Of a stretch of DNA of 64,000 nucleotides, positions 13,106 through 26,799 are shown one piece after another. The translations under genes were made by a program, and so were the position numbers. This DNA comes from the human T2T-CHM13v2.0 reference genome, Homo sapiens. Each line of letters begins with the position of its first letter. The first letter of the stretch is position 1. Below the pieces are notes generated by a model. That model was not told where the DNA came from. It searched no databases and was given only the letters and a program-made list of their open reading frames with translations. The stretch lies in the NCBI RefSeq assembly GCF_009914755.1, contig NC_060939.1; one strand, 5' to 3'.

Positions 13106-15530
13106 GGACAGCTCAAAAATCCTAAGCCTGCTGACACACCTATCTGGGGCTGTAGTTATGCCTGGTAAGACTTGGGTGCATGGGGCTTGGCTTTGGTTAG
13201 CTCCCTTGGTCTTATTTTCCCAGAAAAGAAGCCTCTGGGTTATGGGCACCCCATTTATCCCCATCAACTGGCATGATTTGCAGGATAATTGCCCAGATTT
13301 AGGGTTTTGATCCAGATTTTTACGTTACCCATCCTTTCTGTTTCTTCTGAGCTGCAGCCATAGATCACTGGTTGGATCACAGGAATTAGCAGTGTTAGTC
13401 TAAAATGCAAAAAAAAAAAAAAAAAAAAAAAACCAGAAAAACAACTAATAAGATTAGAATTCAATGACAAGTGTATGATAAGTTTTAAAGCATAATTTTT
13501 GCTTTTCTAGTTCTTATTTTTAAGCAAATCATGGTAGAACTGAGTTGTTTGCAAAATAAACTTTAGTCTTATACTTGGCCTGATTATTTGCATAAAGAGC
13601 AGCAAGAATAATCATTTTCACATAGGCTTTTAAAATTGGCTCTAATGGAATTCTATTCGATAAGGAATCTCAGATAAGACTTTTTGAAGCTGAGCCTAGC
13701 CGTGGTCTTGTACCCTTAGATACCTATGAGTTGGGTGCACTTTTCTCTTCTTAAGGTCCCAAGATAACTTGGGGATCCTGGACCTATTAGAAAGTGACAT
13801 TCTTTACTCACCACAGGTTAGGAACCCTGTACAAGGACTGCAGACAAGGTATGAGGTCAGTTTTCCCAAGGGGCTTTTATTGGCTCTACAAGTCAAGCTT
13901 GATTTCTTAAAGGGAAGTATACCCTTCCAGTCAAAGCCTTGATAAAACAACCAGTTTCTCCAGTTGAGTCCTGTTGCAAAAGAAAATGGATTCTTATTTC
14001 ATGTATGCAAATAACTATATTGCCATAAGTTAAGAATACTCACAAATAGTTTCCAAATTCTTGAGAAACCAGGCAGAGAGAAACAAACATGCTCCAAATT
14101 TTGTTCACAGGAGTATACTTTACCGAACTCTTAAAAGCTGTAAATTGCTAAAAATAAGTTTTTCTGACTCTGAAAAACAAAACAAAGGATCAGCAATGTA
14201 TTAAGCCAAATCAAAAAGATTACTTCAGTCTTCGATTCAGTCCATTCAGTTAACTCTTCTGCTTGATATTCATGAACATTTCAGCTCTTCATAAGTCCTG
14301 AACATTTTTCCTTTATTCCAGTGTCACAATCTCCAAAGTTATCAGAAACCTTCATTTAAGAACACCTGTCAAAGTCCTATACCTGATTATAAACCATTTT
14401 TCAAAGAGGATCAAAACAAGACAACATTTGTCTATGAATGACAAAATGTCTTAGGGTAGTCACAGTCAAGAACACGATTGACAAATTTGATTATTTCTGT
14501 GGTTTATAATAACTTAAAACAATAACCCTAATTATGATTAATAAAATACACTCAGACATTAAAATTTTGGAAATGCCATGCAATTTTGGAACATATATTA
14601 TTATTCACTAAACTATAACCTGAAGAGGATTAAACATTATTTTTATTTTGACAATTCCAGGTAACTAAACATGTCAGATAAATTTGTTTACCTCTCTTTT
14701 GGATGTTCCGGGGGCCCTCTCTAGCATCACAAAGTTAGGGGCCGGGAAATATAATTTTGAAACTGAAATTTGATTTTGGAAAGTCTATCAAATATGTTAA
14801 AGGTTTAAAACACTTGCTATTATGAAATAGAATTGAAGGTTACCATAAGTCATTTATTTAGTCAAAAAGATGACTCAAAATTTTTTTAAAACGCAAAAAC
14901 CTTAATTTTTTAAGAGGGAAGACGTAGCTTTCCAAACCTTCTGTCTCTTGTCTTTCCCTTCTTTTTTTGGCAGTTTATTCACAAGGCAAACAAAAATCTT
15001 TCATTATCCTTTAATATTACATAAAAATCTTGTTCAAGAGAGGGAAAGCCAGATTTCACCCTTGCATGTAAATCTATTTTCAGTAGTCTCAATTACATGT
15101 TATAATGGTAACTCTTAAACATTTCTAATTTTCTAATCTTGTAAGTTATTTTAATTATGTTCTAGTTACAGATAAGGTCTAACTCCTAACAGCATAGTTG
15201 GGGTGTGGTTAACTCCGCATGTCCCAGGCCTTACCAAACTTTAAAGCAGGCAAGTCAAATAATTTGCAAAAGCTGAAGAAGCAGTTTATGACCTTAAAGC
15301 ATTTAGTGAACCTAATACCTGACCTGAATAATTTAAGCCACATGTCTACATTTTGAAGATGCTTTTATTTTACCAATAATCTTTAAAGCTGTCTTTATTT
15401 CTCAAACGTTAAAGTCACATGAACTAAAAGGAATTATAGCTTTCATTTTTCTTTTAAAAATACTTAATCTAAGTGCTTATTTTTCTTTAAGCCAATCAAC
15501 TAGAGCTCTTTTATGTTAACATCACACACA

Positions 15531-15582
15531 TAATATATATATATATACACACAGACACACATATATATATATAACTACACAG
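15531..15582. repeat. Compound (TA)n/(CA)n microsatellite
   Basis: taatatatatatatatacacacagacacacatatatatatata. Confidence 0.85.
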
Positions 15583-16432
15583 ACAGAAGAAGATGCAATA
15601 GTTGTAAGATTTTTTATTTGCCAGTTTATTAATTGGATTATAGACCTTAGGGTGGCATCCTTCAAGAAACAAGGCAGTTAGTATGGCTTAATAAGCAGCC
15701 ACAGCTGGAAGACAAAAACGGATCCCCAAAATTAAGGGTCCCATTTTTAACCAGATCCTGGATCCTAAAAAGAGGGAGTCAGCCCATCTCCCATTGGAGT
15801 CTTTGAAGTAATTTTCTGATGCCCATCATAACTCAAAATTGTCAGATAAGACAATGCAAAACAGAACACAGCTTTAGATTTTGAGAGGGATCTATCTGCT
15901 TTCAATTCCTGGAGTTCCACAAGTAAAACAGAGATTTTCCCCAAAATGGGGTCTGTGACTTCTCCTCTGTTTTCCCAATGAGTCCCAGGCTATCAGAATT
16001 TGCTTGGGGCATTAAGAGTAGCAAGACAAAATGGAGAAAATAATTCAGTCAACTGAGAAGAAAAAAATACCTTTTTTCAGAAAAACAAGATCGACAAAGA
16101 GAAAAGATATAAAGGCCTTTAAAATATACCTATAGCTTGAATATCCACTTTTAATTAAGCTGACTTTTAACCATAGCACTCCCTCCTTAAAAGGTCCTTT
16201 TAAATCTCTTATTACCCAACCTTAGCCATGCCAAATGGCCAATATTTCTAGTTTTTGAACTTATTGGGTAGGCAGAGAATACAGTGATTTTTACCATTCC
16301 TTCAACCAGTTTGCACAGAGAGAGGGAAGCCGGAAGTCTGATGGGAAGAATTTTTACCCTTTGCCAGCAAATCAGGCTTCTGGGTTCCTTTCCCCCAAGC
16401 TATGGAACCCTATTGACCCTGGAGTCTGTGAA

Positions 16433-16627
16433 GGGGGAGCAGACAAAGAGATTATCTCCATACTGTAGAAGTTGTTGATCTTCAAGAGATTGCACAGTTA
16501 GATTTGTAATTTCTTCCCAGTTTGTTTTTAAGCCAAGCAGTTTAATGTTTGGAGAAATTAAACTTTTTGCAGTTTGGGGGATGCATCCAAGGGGAGTGTT
16601 CCGTGGTATGGAGACATAATTACCCAA
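16433..16627 (-). pseudogene. ERV gag MA start plus RT active-site-like remnant
   Basis: LGNYVSIPRNTPLGCI (gag N-terminus, ATG>TTG) and QLLQYGDNLFVCSP (like LLQYVDDLL.CS) within ORF 16400-16678. Confidence 0.65.
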
Positions 16628-18167
16628 CTGCGAAGAGAAGACAGAGGAGGAAAAAGAAGGCTTTTTTTCTTTTTCCACAGTCTAAGGGTCAAAGGAATCC
16701 CAGTGATTCAGGATGCAATCAAGAAGAGTGCAGGGTGAAGATGATTGGTTACCCATCTAGAAAGAGGGGGAAAAGGCATCCCTTTGCTCCTTTCTCTTTC
16801 CAGTGAATACCTGGAGCATGTGAGGGAGAGAAATAGTGTCCCCTTTTTTCTTCTGTCTTTTCTTATCCAAGTCATGGCTGCCACGGGGGGTGCCACTTAT
16901 GGGTGCAAGTGTGATCTTCCAGCCATTTAGCAGGGAGACCTAGAGGGTAGGGATATTCACACTTACCTAAGCTGCTCTATCCTCCCACTGTTTGTAGCCT
17001 TTTGGTTCCCGAGAGCTCATCTGTGCCATGGATGCAAGCAAGTTCTCCACCCATGAAGTGGGAAGGCCTAATCTGCAGGGCTAATCAATTATGCTCATCT
17101 GTTCTGCACCCTGGCCTTCTGCCATAACTGCCTCTGGGTCCCCCAGATCTAGTCTTCCCTCTGGGCCTTCAAACCAAAGCTTGAAGTAGAATTTGGGGCA
17201 AAAAGATGCCTCAGGAGACTCTGCGGACCCATTAAATTAGCCCCAGATGGCCCTCACTAAATTGTAGCCAGCAACCAGTAGGGCAGCTCCTCTGTTGCTT
17301 CCCTATCATAAACAGAATGCTAAGGTGAAGCTGTGGAACCAGGTCCTCCTCAAACAAGGGATAGAAAAGGAGTCCCAGGAATTTGAGACCTGGCCTAGTA
17401 AGATGCTACCCAAAAGGAAAAAAAAATAACCCCTCACATAGAAAAACTCCCTTTATTCACAGGACTATGTTAACTCATGTCATGCTGGAGAAAAAACAAC
17501 AACTGCAGAGGAGGGGAAGGTGACGGGGAAAAACTTCTCGCCCTATGCAAATGGGTTCCTTTAACAAGGGAAAGAAAGCTCTCAGTCGCTGATTGCATCC
17601 TTCTTGCTTCTAAGAATGGACAGAAACCACATTGTTCTGAATTATATTCATGATGACTGAGCCAAGGGCTCATTATACACAGTAATATTGTCTCTATGGT
17701 TTGCAACAACACCCTTAACATTGTATATAAAGAAGGGATAGGCACCATGAGAGCCACAGGAAAAAAAGAAAAATGCCATAGGAAAGATTAGGGTCCATAG
17801 TGTTGACACCCTAACAGGCGGCTGGGGACTGGAATCAGTCCAGGGACCTTTGAATAACACCAACATGAATCTTAGCCAGATACCCTTAGCTGCCCCAGGA
17901 CCTCCAGCCATTCCCACATAATGGCTAGAGCTACATACAGGGAGACTGAATTGGAACAAAGCTAACATTCTCAACACCCAAGAGTGATGGGGGTGGGTTA
18001 ACAAAGTCCTCCTGGGCAAGCATGTCCTCTGAAGCCACACCATTCGCTCTTAACTGGCTGACAGAGGCTCAGTGCATCATCTGCCTGCAGAAAATAGTCT
18101 GAGAGCAAGAAGACTTGGAAACTAAAGTCAAAGAGTTTTAGGTCCACACTTATTCACCCTTCTGCAG

Positions 18168-18185
18168 ATCCCAAACAAGCCCCCA
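18168..18185 (-). other. Primer binding site, tRNA-Pro
   Basis: TGGGGGCTTGTTTGGGAT versus the canonical Pro PBS TGGGGGCTCGTCCGGGAT (3 C>T changes), 4 nt downstream of the 5' LTR. Confidence 0.85.
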
Positions 18186-18189
18186 GTAA

Positions 18190-19196
18190 TGACACAGGAT
18201 GTTTTCGGGTGCCACTTCACCAACCAGTAATTTCCATGGCCTGTGGTGTTCCAGCCTGGGCTTCGCTATGCTCCAGGCTCACTGCTGGACTTGGCCTGCC
18301 CACGTGGCCTGGCAGGGTGCGCTCAGCTCACACTACCAGTCTGGATACCATGCTCACTTCAGGATCCACACCCAGCCCATGGCTGGCCTAGGCATGCTGT
18401 GACCTGCTTCTGCCTTGGGCACTGGAGACGATAGCAACCACAAAACCCCAAAGTGGGTGTTACAGCATGTCACAGCTCTTGCTTGGGGAACCCCGAGGTC
18501 TGGGCCTCCAGAAGGGTCGCAGCTCATTTGTGTTACAGTTCATTTGTTCCCATGGTCTGCACACTTCAGCGAATGGAGGTGTGTCCCAGCTTGTTCAGTC
18601 TGCCACCCAGCTCTGGCCCACAGCTCCTGGACAGGCCCTGCCCTGCTGCCACTTTCTGTCACGTGGGGCAGCTGCTTGGCGCTGGTGGAGGGTAGGAGGG
18701 CTACAGTGGTACAGCTACTTTCCATCTGCCAGTGGGTTCCGAGTTCTTGTCCTGCATCCAAGAAGAATGAGGTTATATGGACAACCAGAGTGTGAGCAAG
18801 TTGGAGAAATGTTTCATTGAGTGATGGAACAGCTTTCAGTGAAGGGGGACCTAAAGCAGGTAGTCCCCCACCTGAAGGCAGGTTGTCCCCACCTGAAGGT
18901 GGATAGTCCCAAAGTATGGCTGAGTCTGAAGTTTTTATAGTCTCTGAATGAGGGTGGTGCAGGCTGTAGGTAGCCTTGGACAAGGCAACATTCGATTGGT
19001 TAAAAAGCATTATTCAGAAAGAACCATCAGGAAACATGGGACAAACAGGAATAGAAGTTCTCACTCTGGCCGAGGACTTCATTTGGAACTAGCAGCTCAT
19101 TTTTGAAGCTTCAGGCTGCTTTTGGCTTGAAGGCCAGTTTTCACTGGGGACCCACCCCTGTCTGCTTAGGAATTTGTCTGCCTCCTGCCACTAGCA
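18190..19196 (-). mobile_element. 5' LTR of the provirus (~1 kb, LTR28/MER52 group)
   Basis: TGCTAGTGGCAGGAGGCAGACAAATTCCTAAGCAGA...GTGGCACCCGAAAACATCCTGTGTCA; TG...CA termini. Confidence 0.9.
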
Positions 19197-19475
19197 ATGG
19201 GAACCCATACTTGAAGCTGGTTGGTCAGAAGTTCCAGAAGCCCCAACTTGCAACTGGTGTGGGACTTAGGGACTGAGCCCTCACCCTGTGGGATCTGACA
19301 CTATCTCTGGATAGGTAGCATCAGAACTAAATTAGAGGACACCCAGTTGGTGTCTGCTGCTTGGTGTGTGGAGAAGAAAACCCTATACATTTTGCCACAG
19401 AAGTCTTCTGTGTTGGTGATCATTGTGGTGTGAGAGTAGAGGAAACACATGCTTAGAGAGAGTTCTCCTTACACA
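19197..19475 (+). mobile_element. MER21A LTR, right piece
   Basis: tgggaacccatacttgaagctggttggtcagaag...gaggacacccagttggtgtctgctgcttggtgtgtgg...acaca. Confidence 0.85.
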
Positions 19476-19817
19476 ACCAGTGACTCCTTTCTCCCACTTT
19501 CTCCCTTTTGGAATGGGAATGTCTATAACTGTTATATTATGCCTATCTCATCACTGTATTTTGGGAATAGATAACCTGTTTCTAGTTTCACAGTTTCAGA
19601 AATATAACATATTTTTCTTCAGAATGGATTATATGTGGAGTCTCAGTCATGCATGATTTTGATGAAGAGATTTGGAGTTTTTAGCTGATTTTATTTAGAC
19701 AAGATTTTGGACTTGAGTTGATTTTGTAATGACTTGAGACTTTTGAAGATCTTGGGATAGGGTGAATGTATTTTGTGTGAGGGATGGAGGAGAATCTTTT
19801 GGGGTCAGAGGGAAGAC
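19476..19817 (+). mobile_element. MLT1 internal sequence, 3' end with PPT
   Basis: ttctcccttttggaatgggaatgtctat...ggtgaatgtattttg...ggggtcagagggaagac, directly before an MLT1 LTR. Confidence 0.8.
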
Positions 19818-20291
19818 TCTGGAAGGCCAAAATGCCGTTACCCCAAAGATGTCATATCCTCATCCCTGAAACCTGGAAATGTGACCTTATATGAAAATGT
19901 AAGGTCACATTTGTAGATGTAATTGATCTTGAGATAAGTAGATTAATCTAAATTATTAGGTTAGACCCTAAATGCAATCACATATATCCTTATAAGAGGG
20001 TGTTAGAAAGAGATTGACACAGACAAAAAAAGGAGAAGGCAATGTGAAAATGGAAGAGTGATGTGGCCAAAAGCCAGGGAATGTTGGCAGCCACAAGAAG
20101 CTGGAAGAGACCAGGAGTGAATTTTCCTTTGGAGTCTCCAGAGGAAGCATGAAGCCACCAACGTTTTGATTTTGTCCTAGTGATACAGATTTTGGACTTC
20201 TGGCCCCCAGAATGGTGAGAGAATAAATTTCTGTTATTTTAGGCACCCAATTTCTAGTGATTTTTTACAGTTGCCATAGGAAGTATATGCA
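19818..20291 (+). mobile_element. MLT1C/D LTR
   Basis: ccccaaagatgtc...aagccagggaatg...gaagctggaagag...gacttctggcccccagaatggtgagagaataaatttctgttatttt. Confidence 0.88.
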
Positions 20292-20299
20292 ATAACACA

Positions 20300-22390
20300 A
20301 TGCATTTATCCATTCTCTGCACATTGGACACAGGGATTGCTGTTGTGAGTAGTCTTGTACATGTTTCCCAGTGCAAATGCACTACAGTTTTTCTAGCATA
20401 GATACCTGGGAGTGGAATAGTTTGGTCATAGCGTATGCAAAGGTTCAATTTCATAAGGTAATAGCAAATTGTTTTCCAGAGTGGTTGCACCAATTTATAC
20501 TCCTACCAGCACTACATTTTCTGCCGATCCGTTTCTTATACACCACTTGGTGCCATGAGATTTCTTAATTATTTATCAATCTTAGTGAATGTAAAATTGT
20601 GTCTTATTGTGTTTTTCTTTGCACTTCCTTGATTACCATTGTGGTTAAGCTTGCGTATATTTTCAAACTTTTTGGCCGTTTATAATTCCTTTTCTGTGAA
20701 TTGCATGTTCTTGTCTTTGCTCATTTTTCTAATGCATTATGTTATCTCTTTTTATTGACTTTTAGGAGTTCTTTTATATTCCAAATACTAAAACATTATT
20801 TTTATGGCTTATCTTTTTACTTATTTTATGGTGTCTGTTGATGAAAAGAAGTTTTTGATCTTAATGTCAATTTTATCAATCTCTTTGTTGATGGTTAGCA
20901 TTTTTATGTCTTTTTAAAAATTCTTCCCTTCCCTGATGTAAAAAAAAATAATTTGCCTACAATTTATTTTAAGAGTTTCGTCTTCCACATTTAAATTATT
21001 AATCTATCTAGAATTCATTTTTCTGTATAGTGTGAGGTGGTTTCATTTTTTTATCCATGTAGGAATGACCAATTATTCCACACTATGTATGTTATTGTCC
21101 CTTGTTTCTCCACCTATCAGCAAGGCCATCTATGCATCTTCAAGCTCCAAATATGTATAGGTCTGTTTCTGTTTGCAATTCGACTTTATTAGTCTATTTG
21201 TACATTCCTTAGCGAATATCATACTGTTTTTATTGCTAAAGCTTTATAATTACTCTTGATAACTGGAGGGCACGTGCCTTCTGTTTTCTCCTTCAGGGGT
21301 ATCTTAGATATTCTTAACTCTTACTCCTCTAAATTTTAAATTCAGAATGTCAGAGTTCAAGAAAATCCCTTTTTGAATTTTAAAGGCAATTGCATGACAT
21401 CCATAAATCAAGTTGCATAAAATGGACACCTTTGTGAAATATCCAGTTTTATAATTTGCATCCAGTTTTTATGTATTTATAAATATAATAATTTAGATTA
21501 TATAATAATCCATATTAGAATGATTATAATTTTATGATTTGCATTCAGACTTATAATTTTTTTCCATAAGACTTGCACATCTTTTGTTAGATTTATTGTA
21601 GGTGCTTATCCTATATTGCTATAGTAATAATATATACTTAAAATTCTATTTTCTGGCCATGCATGGTGGCTCATACTTGTGATCCCAGCACTTTAGAAGG
21701 CCAGTGCAGGATGATCGCTTGAGCCCAGAAGTTCGAGACCAGCTTGAGCAACATAGTGAAGCCCCTATTTTTACAATAAGTAAAAAACAAAATTCGATGG
21801 GTGAGGTGGCATGTCCCTGTAGTTTCAGTTACACAGGAGGCTGCGGTGGGAGAATTCCTTGAGCCCAGGCGGTAGAGGCTGCAGTGAGCCATGATTGTGC
21901 CACTGCACTCAAGCCTAGGCAGTAGACTGAGACCCCATCTTAAAAAAGACCAAATTCTGCTTCCCAACTGTTGCCAGTATAGAGCTGCAAATGATTTTTA
22001 TATTTATAGTAGTCAACCTTTATGCCATACTCTCTTATTATAATGATTTATCTATGAAGTCTTTTGGATTTGATATGTAGGCAATCATATAATCTGTGAA
22101 CAATGATAGTTCTGGTTTTTCTTTCCCAATCTTTATGTTCTGCATTTCTTTTTCTAGTCTTACTGCACTGGCTACAATCACCTGTAGTATGCTGTTAAAT
22201 AGAAGCAATGAGAGCAGTCATGCCTGTTTTTAAAAGAATGTTCATAGCATTTCACCATTAAGAATGCTTTCTGTGAGGTTTTGGTGGATGCTCTGTAAAG
22301 TTAATGAAGTTCTCTTTTATTCCCAGATTTCTGAGTTGTTTGTTATTGTTGTTGTTGTTTTAAGTAAATTGGAATTGAATTTTTAAAAAA
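20300..22390 (-). mobile_element. L1ME ORF2 3' region, interrupted by AluJ
   Basis: ORF 20254-20493 (VQPLWKT...YDQTIPLPGIY) resembles the L1 ORF2 C-terminus; collinear antisense ORF2 text follows. Confidence 0.8.
21655..21950 (+). mobile_element. AluJ (Jo/Jr-like)
   Basis: Dimer with gatcgcttgagcccag and gaggctgcagtgagccatgattg; flanking aaattct repeat. Confidence 0.93.
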
Positions 22391-25300
22391 TAGACAAAAT
22401 AATATCTAAATTTCAGGATCACAGGTATGATTATATTAATGACTATATCTAATATATCTAGCCCAATGTATCTGGATTATTTTGTATCTTATTATTTTTA
22501 AAAGGAATGAAGGGAGCTGATAGCACTTATATTGTATATTTTTGAAACCATAACTTGATACTGATGTTTCCCAGAGATTTCAGACTCTTGATTTTTCTTG
22601 TAAGATACAACTTTATCTTATTTAACCCTTACAGCAAAACACAAATCTACTTATATTCACTCAAGTCATAGACTTACAATAGCAAAATATGAGTAACATA
22701 AACTTGTGGGCAGGCTAGATACTACATTAGAACTCTTCATGTATCAAATTACCAGGAGATTTCCTGGTTATCTTATAACAAGAATGATTTGAATGTCCAA
22801 ATATCTGTATTTAGGCTTTGCTTTTATCCCTTTCTATAGTCTAGTGGTATTCTCAAGCATGGTGTGCCTGAGAATTCCTCTGTAGGTTGTGTGTAGGAGA
22901 TTTGGGGAGGCTCTCAACTGTGTTTATTTATTTATGTTTACAGTAGTTGATTTTCATCATCTATGCATATTTTGAAATTTAATTCTCTTGTAAGATATAA
23001 CATTCTATCCATATAATTACAGCCAATAATTCCAAATATAATAGTTCCAACTCTGCAGGAATAGATTTGCAGCATTTTTTAGAGTCTCATGACATAGTCT
23101 TCTATTAGCATCAGTCCTCTTGAAGTGAGGTCCATTTGACTTTTTATTTGTCTAAGTTGACTATTTCTGATATTAACTCATTTCTAAATCAGTTCGAGCC
23201 TTTCGTCTCATCTTCATTTCTCCCAGCATCTAATTCCTTGTCTTAATAACCTTCAGTTTCCCAGAGTCCCAGAGTCTTGTCCTGATTTTGCGGCTCCCCA
23301 CCAGTCAAGGACTCATTCCCCTAGTTACTGTCCCTTCAGCCCTGTTCCAGCAAAGCTGGACTTAACTCCATCTGACTGTCAGCCTCTCTGGTACTCTGCA
23401 TATTCCTATCTCTAGAGTCTCTGTTGACTCCATTAATTCTGGAATATCTCTGGGGTCACACCAATCTCCTGCCTAGCCTACACACACATTCCTTTCTATC
23501 CCTGACAAGTGAGAAAAAAGAACAGATCCTAGAAAATGTCTTCATTTTCTTGGTAGGCTTATCTTTTATGTAAGTATGATAATATTATATATATTCTGAT
23601 ATACTATATTATAAGTAGAGCTTATAATTCCACTGATAAGCAGAGTAAGGAAACCCTACCACAGAGTGTTGCAAAAGAATAAGCATCTGACAGCTTCAGT
23701 GAGTCAGCTTTCTGTGTGATACTAACCTGAGTGACTTAAGCAGCCAGATTTCAAAAAGAAATAGATTTGCCTCTAATTATTCTAAATGCATCTGTTTAAA
23801 TTGGCTATAATACAGCAAATGTCATGTAGCTTTAATGGTACACATTAGGACATGTAACTTTATGACTGGAAATAGGTATGTTATTAATTTAAAAATCCAG
23901 TTTCCCATATCCCCTTTGATACAGTAATGGGCTCTTGGAGTGAGAGACTCATATTCCAAAAGATCCACGTGCAATCCAACTACAGGTTAGAAATCAAATA
24001 ATACGCAGCCACTTTCATTTTTCAAAAATCTCAAACAGGGCATATATAGGTTGTTACTTTATGATGACTTGCTAAGATGCATTGTTTATAATTCTTTAGT
24101 TTCTGTTTTCAGATTTCAGTGTCTTCCTTTGCCAAGTTTCAAAAGGAAAAAAATAAATTAATCCTCTGGAGCTGAAACAGAAACATTTGGTCTCCTGTAA
24201 TCCTCAGTTCTTAACCTAATGTGGCAGCTCATAGGGAAACTGTCAGATCTGCAATCCTAATTGCTATAAGTTGCCTCCCATGTGTACACATGTAATGGTC
24301 AGGAGTGAATATGCGTTGACAACTTATCTTCTCTGTTCCATAGTTCTAAACATCCTTAGTGTGTGTGCGGTTTTACCTCTGTGACTCTTGGGTAGGCTAC
24401 ATATGGGTGTGTAAAGTAGCTGTTGCCAGCCTGGAAGCTAGCCTCTTCTGAGAACATTCCTACTCATATAGAGACAAACATGAGAAACTATGGCATTAAA
24501 ATGTTTTGTGAAACATGGCGGCATGAATTCAGTTGAACATTGTGTCTTCATGGCCACATTTAGTGAGACTGTCAAACACAAGAGCAAAGGACCCCATCAT
24601 AAATGCTGTGTAAAAACTCTTAATAATTTCATGATAAAGAGAAAAATAACCAAGGAATATTCTCATTAGCAATTATTCGTATCTTATTAAGCATGGGTTT
24701 TTTATTCTCATTTTGACAGTTCATGTGCTATTTTTGCATATGTGTGTGTATATCCACGCACATGTACACATGTATGCACACACGTAGACTCACTGCAGGG
24801 TCCTGTTATTAAATCACTGTTGGCAGATGGCAAGTCATCAATAGATGCTTGTTGAATTGAAAATGATACCACATGTAATTGACCTTCTGTAACAATTTTT
24901 TTCTCATTTTATTCTAATTGTAATTGGTGGAGGGATTTTTAATAAAATTAACATGGTCCCTTACACTAAGCTGGAGAACTTTTCTAATCTATTGGCAGTA
25001 AGTGATGGATTTGAAATTTATTGCAGAAGGATTGGGACTTTGTGCTAATTTCACCTTTGAAAAACTTTGATTTAGAGGTCAGTGATGTGATTTTTCATTT
25101 TCTAATGAAAGGTTGATCCTTTATTGACAATAGTAAAGTTAGTAGGTCTCCTGTATAACATGATAAAGTACTAATAAGCCAGCCGGTCTGGAAGTTTTTA
25201 GAATCAGATGGGGAGAGCAGTCCTTACCCCATTGTCCCTGCCATTTGTTCTCAAGCCCCTCCCTTAGTTTTTACAGTCAAGCCTTGCAGAAAGTAAATGT

Positions 25301-25553
25301 TCATCATCAGGCCCTCTTAATCTGTTTCAATAAAATTGTTCAAGTAACAGAAGAAACCGAATCTGTTCTCTAGAAGGCAGGAAGGCAGGGAGGGTGTGGT
25401 ATGTGCTGCGCCTACCAGGAGAGCAACATTTCTTTGAAGTGTTATGTAGTATTTTAACACATTCCTGCATTTTTAAAATTCAACTTTATTACAAATATGT
25501 ACACTTTTACATTACATAATTCTCCTCCTTCTAACTAAAGGAATTTGAGAATT

Positions 25554-25831
<278 letters not shown>

Positions 25832-26799
25832 GTTATTTGGTATTTTTTGATGGACGTTAGCAGAAGAATTGACATACACCAACTTAAAAACCCTGACTTT
25901 GGTTATACTTGCTTCTTATCTAACATCATAAGTTAGCTTTGTGGTAATCCTTGATCTGTGGGTCAATCCCCAGATTTTCTTTGCTAACCAACCCAATCTG
26001 GGGCTCAGTTTCCATTTTGTCTTACAGCTAAGCCCCAAGTTATGATAAAAGAAGAATGGTCTCTCTCCATGACTTGTTCCAATGCCAAGGAACCTAGACC
26101 CAGTGAGCACACTCTGTTTTTGCATCAGCACCTCAGGGTCCTATGTCCTATGCCAGGCAAGGGCTCACCCTTAAAATCTTCTTTCCATTTGATGAAACCT
26201 CCCTTTATGGATCACAATGGTACTTAGTGTACCTGGGATCCTACTTTTGATCACATCAAAGATAGTACATACAGCCTGATTCCAGTAACAATAGTGCTTG
26301 CCAATACACAATGAGTCATCGTAGTCTTCATATTGTACATCTCAAATGTCCTAATTGGCCCATGCAGTTGAACCGTATTCACTGATAAGTTCTCACTTAA
26401 TAATAACATCAACTGCTTCACAAAGAGATTTATTGTGGTTTTCCATTCATTCAAAATTCTGAATGACAAATGGGTATGGCCTCTTTTGAGGAGTGCCTAT
26501 TTAACCTATGCTTGATTGTAGTTATTTCACAAAGTGGAGATAGAGTTATTTAGAATGAAAATTCCAGATCATTTTTTTTTCACTCAATCACAGGACTGCA
26601 GGATATCCCCAAAGAAGACCACCCCAGAGTTTCCACCCTGTTTCCTCATGAATTTCCACTCACTCATCTCATACCAAATCTACCTGCAAACCTCAGCTCC
26701 TCAGGTTTCTCGAATCAATATCCACTTCAACAAGCCTTGCTGAAGGTTTGAGGGGTCCTGAGCTGAGGCCCATCATTCATCTCACAGCTTTCTGGGGCA

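Larger units (their letters stand above)
11718..19196 (-). mobile_element. Non-autonomous ERV1 provirus with LTR28/MER52-group LTRs
   Basis: Two homologous LTRs (11718-12401 and 18190-19196), a tRNA-Pro PBS, a PPT and gag/pol/env stubs in the internal region; no long ORF. Confidence 0.9.

Noticed and set aside
12947-13267. Functional syncytin-like env gene
   Set aside because: Only a degraded tail remains; there is no signal peptide, furin site, fusion peptide or immunosuppressive domain.
18199-19010. Cluster of overlapping 60-156 aa ORFs
   Set aside because: They lie inside the GC-rich 5' LTR, where stop codons are scarce; I see no protein-family motif.
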